DNA of 64,000 bases from a virus (lineage: Duplodnaviria; Heunggongvirae; Uroviricota; Caudoviricetes), in IMG/VR virus record IMGVR_UViG_2713896909_000009, positions 32,001 to 96,000 of that record, one strand, 5' to 3'. Positions 61,867 through 64,000 of this stretch are shown here, in pieces (within the stretch, counting starts at the first letter, position 1; every line of letters starts with the position of its first letter). The position numbers and the translations under genes were made by a program. Below the pieces are notes generated by a model. That model saw nothing but the letters and a program-made list of their open reading frames with translations, ran no database searches and was not told the DNA's origin.

Positions 61867-63555
61867 ATGAGTTTAAACGATCAGATAGTTATGACCACCA
61901 GCAGCGGATACAACGGTGTTGCGCCATATACCAGCTTGTTATTACATCGGGCATCCGGCATCAAAGATATTATTCACCTGATCCGGCTGCTTTCCCGCAC
62001 AGATCCCCAGGATGAACAGCTGGTACAAGTGCTTGCGCATTTTGTCCGAATCCCTGTTGCAGACGTGAAAAAATGGTGTCGATTATTCGGTATCAGCAAT
62101 TCGTTACTTCGCGGATTGTTAAATCACGCATCCTCCCTTGGGCGAGACGGCTTTGATGAGATAGCGCAGGCGATAAAAAACGGAGATATGCCACCAGCTA
62201 TTGACTGGTTTTCCATTCGCCCAACCAGGGTGAAAGCATTCCTTAGCGCGGCGCAATCAGCATCACCATTGGCAGAAATGGTTCAGAGGTTGTCGCTCAT
62301 ATTCACAGATCATACCGCGTTTGGTGATCTGGCTCTGGACGAGATGAAAGAAGCCGCCATTCAGTGGGCCGATCAACAAAATGAGGTTAACTCTGACTTC
62401 TTGCCAGCATTCAGGAAGGCCGTTAGTAAAGCGGATGATGCCCGTGGAATTATGAAGGCATTTAAGGCATTGCAAAGTCGGGTTAATAAACATGCCGGTG
62501 ATATCGATGGGGTAACGGCGGAAGGCCGGGATATCCTGAAAGAGCACGGCATAACGCCAGAATTTATTGATGAGATCAGGACGGATATGCAGCGTGAGGT
62601 CGTATCGTCTCTGCAAATCGTAGCCAGGGCGTTGGCGGATGCTAATCCGAAGAGTGCGGCCATTGTTAACCGGGTTATTGGTGATATTGAAGCATCTGAG
62701 GGCATGGGGGCACTGAAACTCTTCCTTTCGCGAGCGTTTAATCCTAACGGCAATATTCTCCCCGGCATTATTGGTGAGGCTAAAAAGTATGTCAGCGAAG
62801 AAGAACTTGAGCATCTTGACCAACTACTTAAGCGATTCTCATATAACCCGCAGACACGCTGGCAAATGAATCAGCGAAGTATGGGGTCGGTCCACGAGAA
62901 AGTGTTATCTGCCATGAACAGTGCGATCACCAATTCATCCGTATCTGAAGAAAAAGCTCTTGAGTGGGCCGACTCTTTTATCACGGAAGAAGTGGAAGAA
63001 GCCCGCGCTGGACAGAATGGTGGGATAGACCTGCGCAAGGAACTTGCTGATATTTATCGCCTGACCGGCGGTAAAATTTCGACCCTATCAAAGATAATTC
63101 ACCACCAGGGCAGGGCATATGCAAATCTTAATGGTGTTGTTGCTGTCAATTTGAACGATGAAAATGCAAGTGCACTGTGGCACGAGCTGGGTCATCATCT
63201 TGAGTACAGTAACCCTGGTTTGTTAGAGAAAGCCCGGTCATTCCTGAAGGCCAATGTTGAAGGGGATAAACCATCTTTCGTTAATATCGGTGGGCGTGGC
63301 AAGCCTGAATGGTGCTTCAGATCTCAATTGAGTAATATTTATATGGCGAAGGTATACCCGCCAGTCTCAGTAAGTAACACCGGGAAAATTCGGCAGAAAT
63401 CACCGACTATTTCCAAAACGTCAGCAACGGAAGTATTCTCTATGGCTCTTCAGTTGTATCATGACAAAGAGGCCGCTGCCGCATCACTGATGAATGGTGA
63501 CGGATTGCTGGAACTGTTATTAGGTGTGGCAAAGGAGCTAAATAATGCAGATTAA
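61867..63555 (+). CDS. Hypothetical Dar-operon protein with HExxH metalloprotease-like motif
   Basis: ORF track 562 aa; ALWHELGHHLEY. Confidence 0.5.
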   Translation: MSLNDQIVMTTSSGYNGVAPYTSLLLHRASGIKDIIHLIRLLSRTDPQDEQLVQVLAHFVRIPVADVKKWCRLFGISNSLLRGLLNHASSLGRDGFDEIAQAIKNGDMPPAIDWFSIRPTRVKAFLSAAQSASPLAEMVQRLSLIFTDHTAFGDLALDEMKEAAIQWADQQNEVNSDFLPAFRKAVSKADDARGIMKAFKALQSRVNKHAGDIDGVTAEGRDILKEHGITPEFIDEIRTDMQREVVSSLQIVARALADANPKSAAIVNRVIGDIEASEGMGALKLFLSRAFNPNGNILPGIIGEAKKYVSEEELEHLDQLLKRFSYNPQTRWQMNQRSMGSVHEKVLSAMNSAITNSSVSEEKALEWADSFITEEVEEARAGQNGGIDLRKELADIYRLTGGKISTLSKIIHHQGRAYANLNGVVAVNLNDENASALWHELGHHLEYSNPGLLEKARSFLKANVEGDKPSFVNIGGRGKPEWCFRSQLSNIYMAKVYPPVSVSNTGKIRQKSPTISKTSATEVFSMALQLYHDKEAAAASLMNGDGLLELLLGVAKELNNAD

Positions 63556-63865
63556 AATCGCAGCGCCATTAGGCGGAGATGCCATTATCGAATTTGATGA
63601 TAATGAAGAAGTTTCCGGGCGTTTAAGCATTATCTCCGGTGACATTACCGAGGGCATGATCGCTGAAGCCATAGCTGGGGCAAATCCCAATAGCTATATG
63701 GGATTCGTTAACACCCTTGATGCTCCCGCAAGTGATGTTCTCCGAACGCTGCATCTTTACGCTGGCTGGTTTGTTGATTGGCCAGCAGTAGATGGTGGCG
63801 ATGAGGATGATGATGACGATGAAGAGGGTTTTAGTGATGAAACAGTCAACCAACTCTTGTATTGA
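63545..63865 (+). CDS. Acidic hypothetical protein
   Basis: ORF track 106 aa; C-terminal poly-Asp/Glu. Confidence 0.4.
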   Translation: MQIKIAAPLGGDAIIEFDDNEEVSGRLSIISGDITEGMIAEAIAGANPNSYMGFVNTLDAPASDVLRTLHLYAGWFVDWPAVDGGDEDDDDDEEGFSDETVNQLLY

Positions 63866-64000
63866 CAGGAATTGGCATAGAATTGATTGTTCAAATTTCA
63901 TCCATCACATAGACGACTTCATGTTATTTGCCTGATAATTATGGCTTTAATAACCCATGTATATCTTTTGGGTTATATTATTATCTTTAACAAGGTTATA

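Overview
This window reads as about 64 kb of a P1-like temperate phage-plasmid, not an integrated prophage: no integrase or att site was seen, and a plasmid replicon and partition system are present. Recognised backbone, in order: a late-operon block of predicted enzymes (phosphatases, glycosyltransferase-like proteins, a VRR-NUC nuclease); a tail/baseplate operon; a DnaB-family helicase (ban) preceded by tRNA genes and TerB-like tciA; a bifunctional C5/N6A DNA methyltransferase (dmt) with an RdgC homolog (hrdC); the oriR/incC-repA-incA replicon and parA-parB-parS; capsid and tail sheath genes; the kilA-repL lytic replicon; the c4-icd-ant immunity region; a tail module with a Sit-like tape-measure/transglycosylase and tail fibre genes; holin/antiholin and a Dar-like operon. 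Several copies of a 17-bp C1-repressor-operator-like sequence are spread through the window. The most striking observation is a complete LAGLIDADG intein inserted exactly in the catalytic PCQ motif of the methyltransferase. Other candidates: a repeat family of long hairpins with an apparently interrupted tRNA in the tRNA cluster, a possible type I toxin-antitoxin locus between ant and kilA, a macro-domain gene between the tail fibre and its chaperone, and an AT-rich glycosyltransferase/acetyltransferase module where P1 carries its invertible C-segment. All homology calls are from reading translations by eye and recalled family motifs; no database search was run. Coordinates of features not taken from the ORF track may be off by a few bases.
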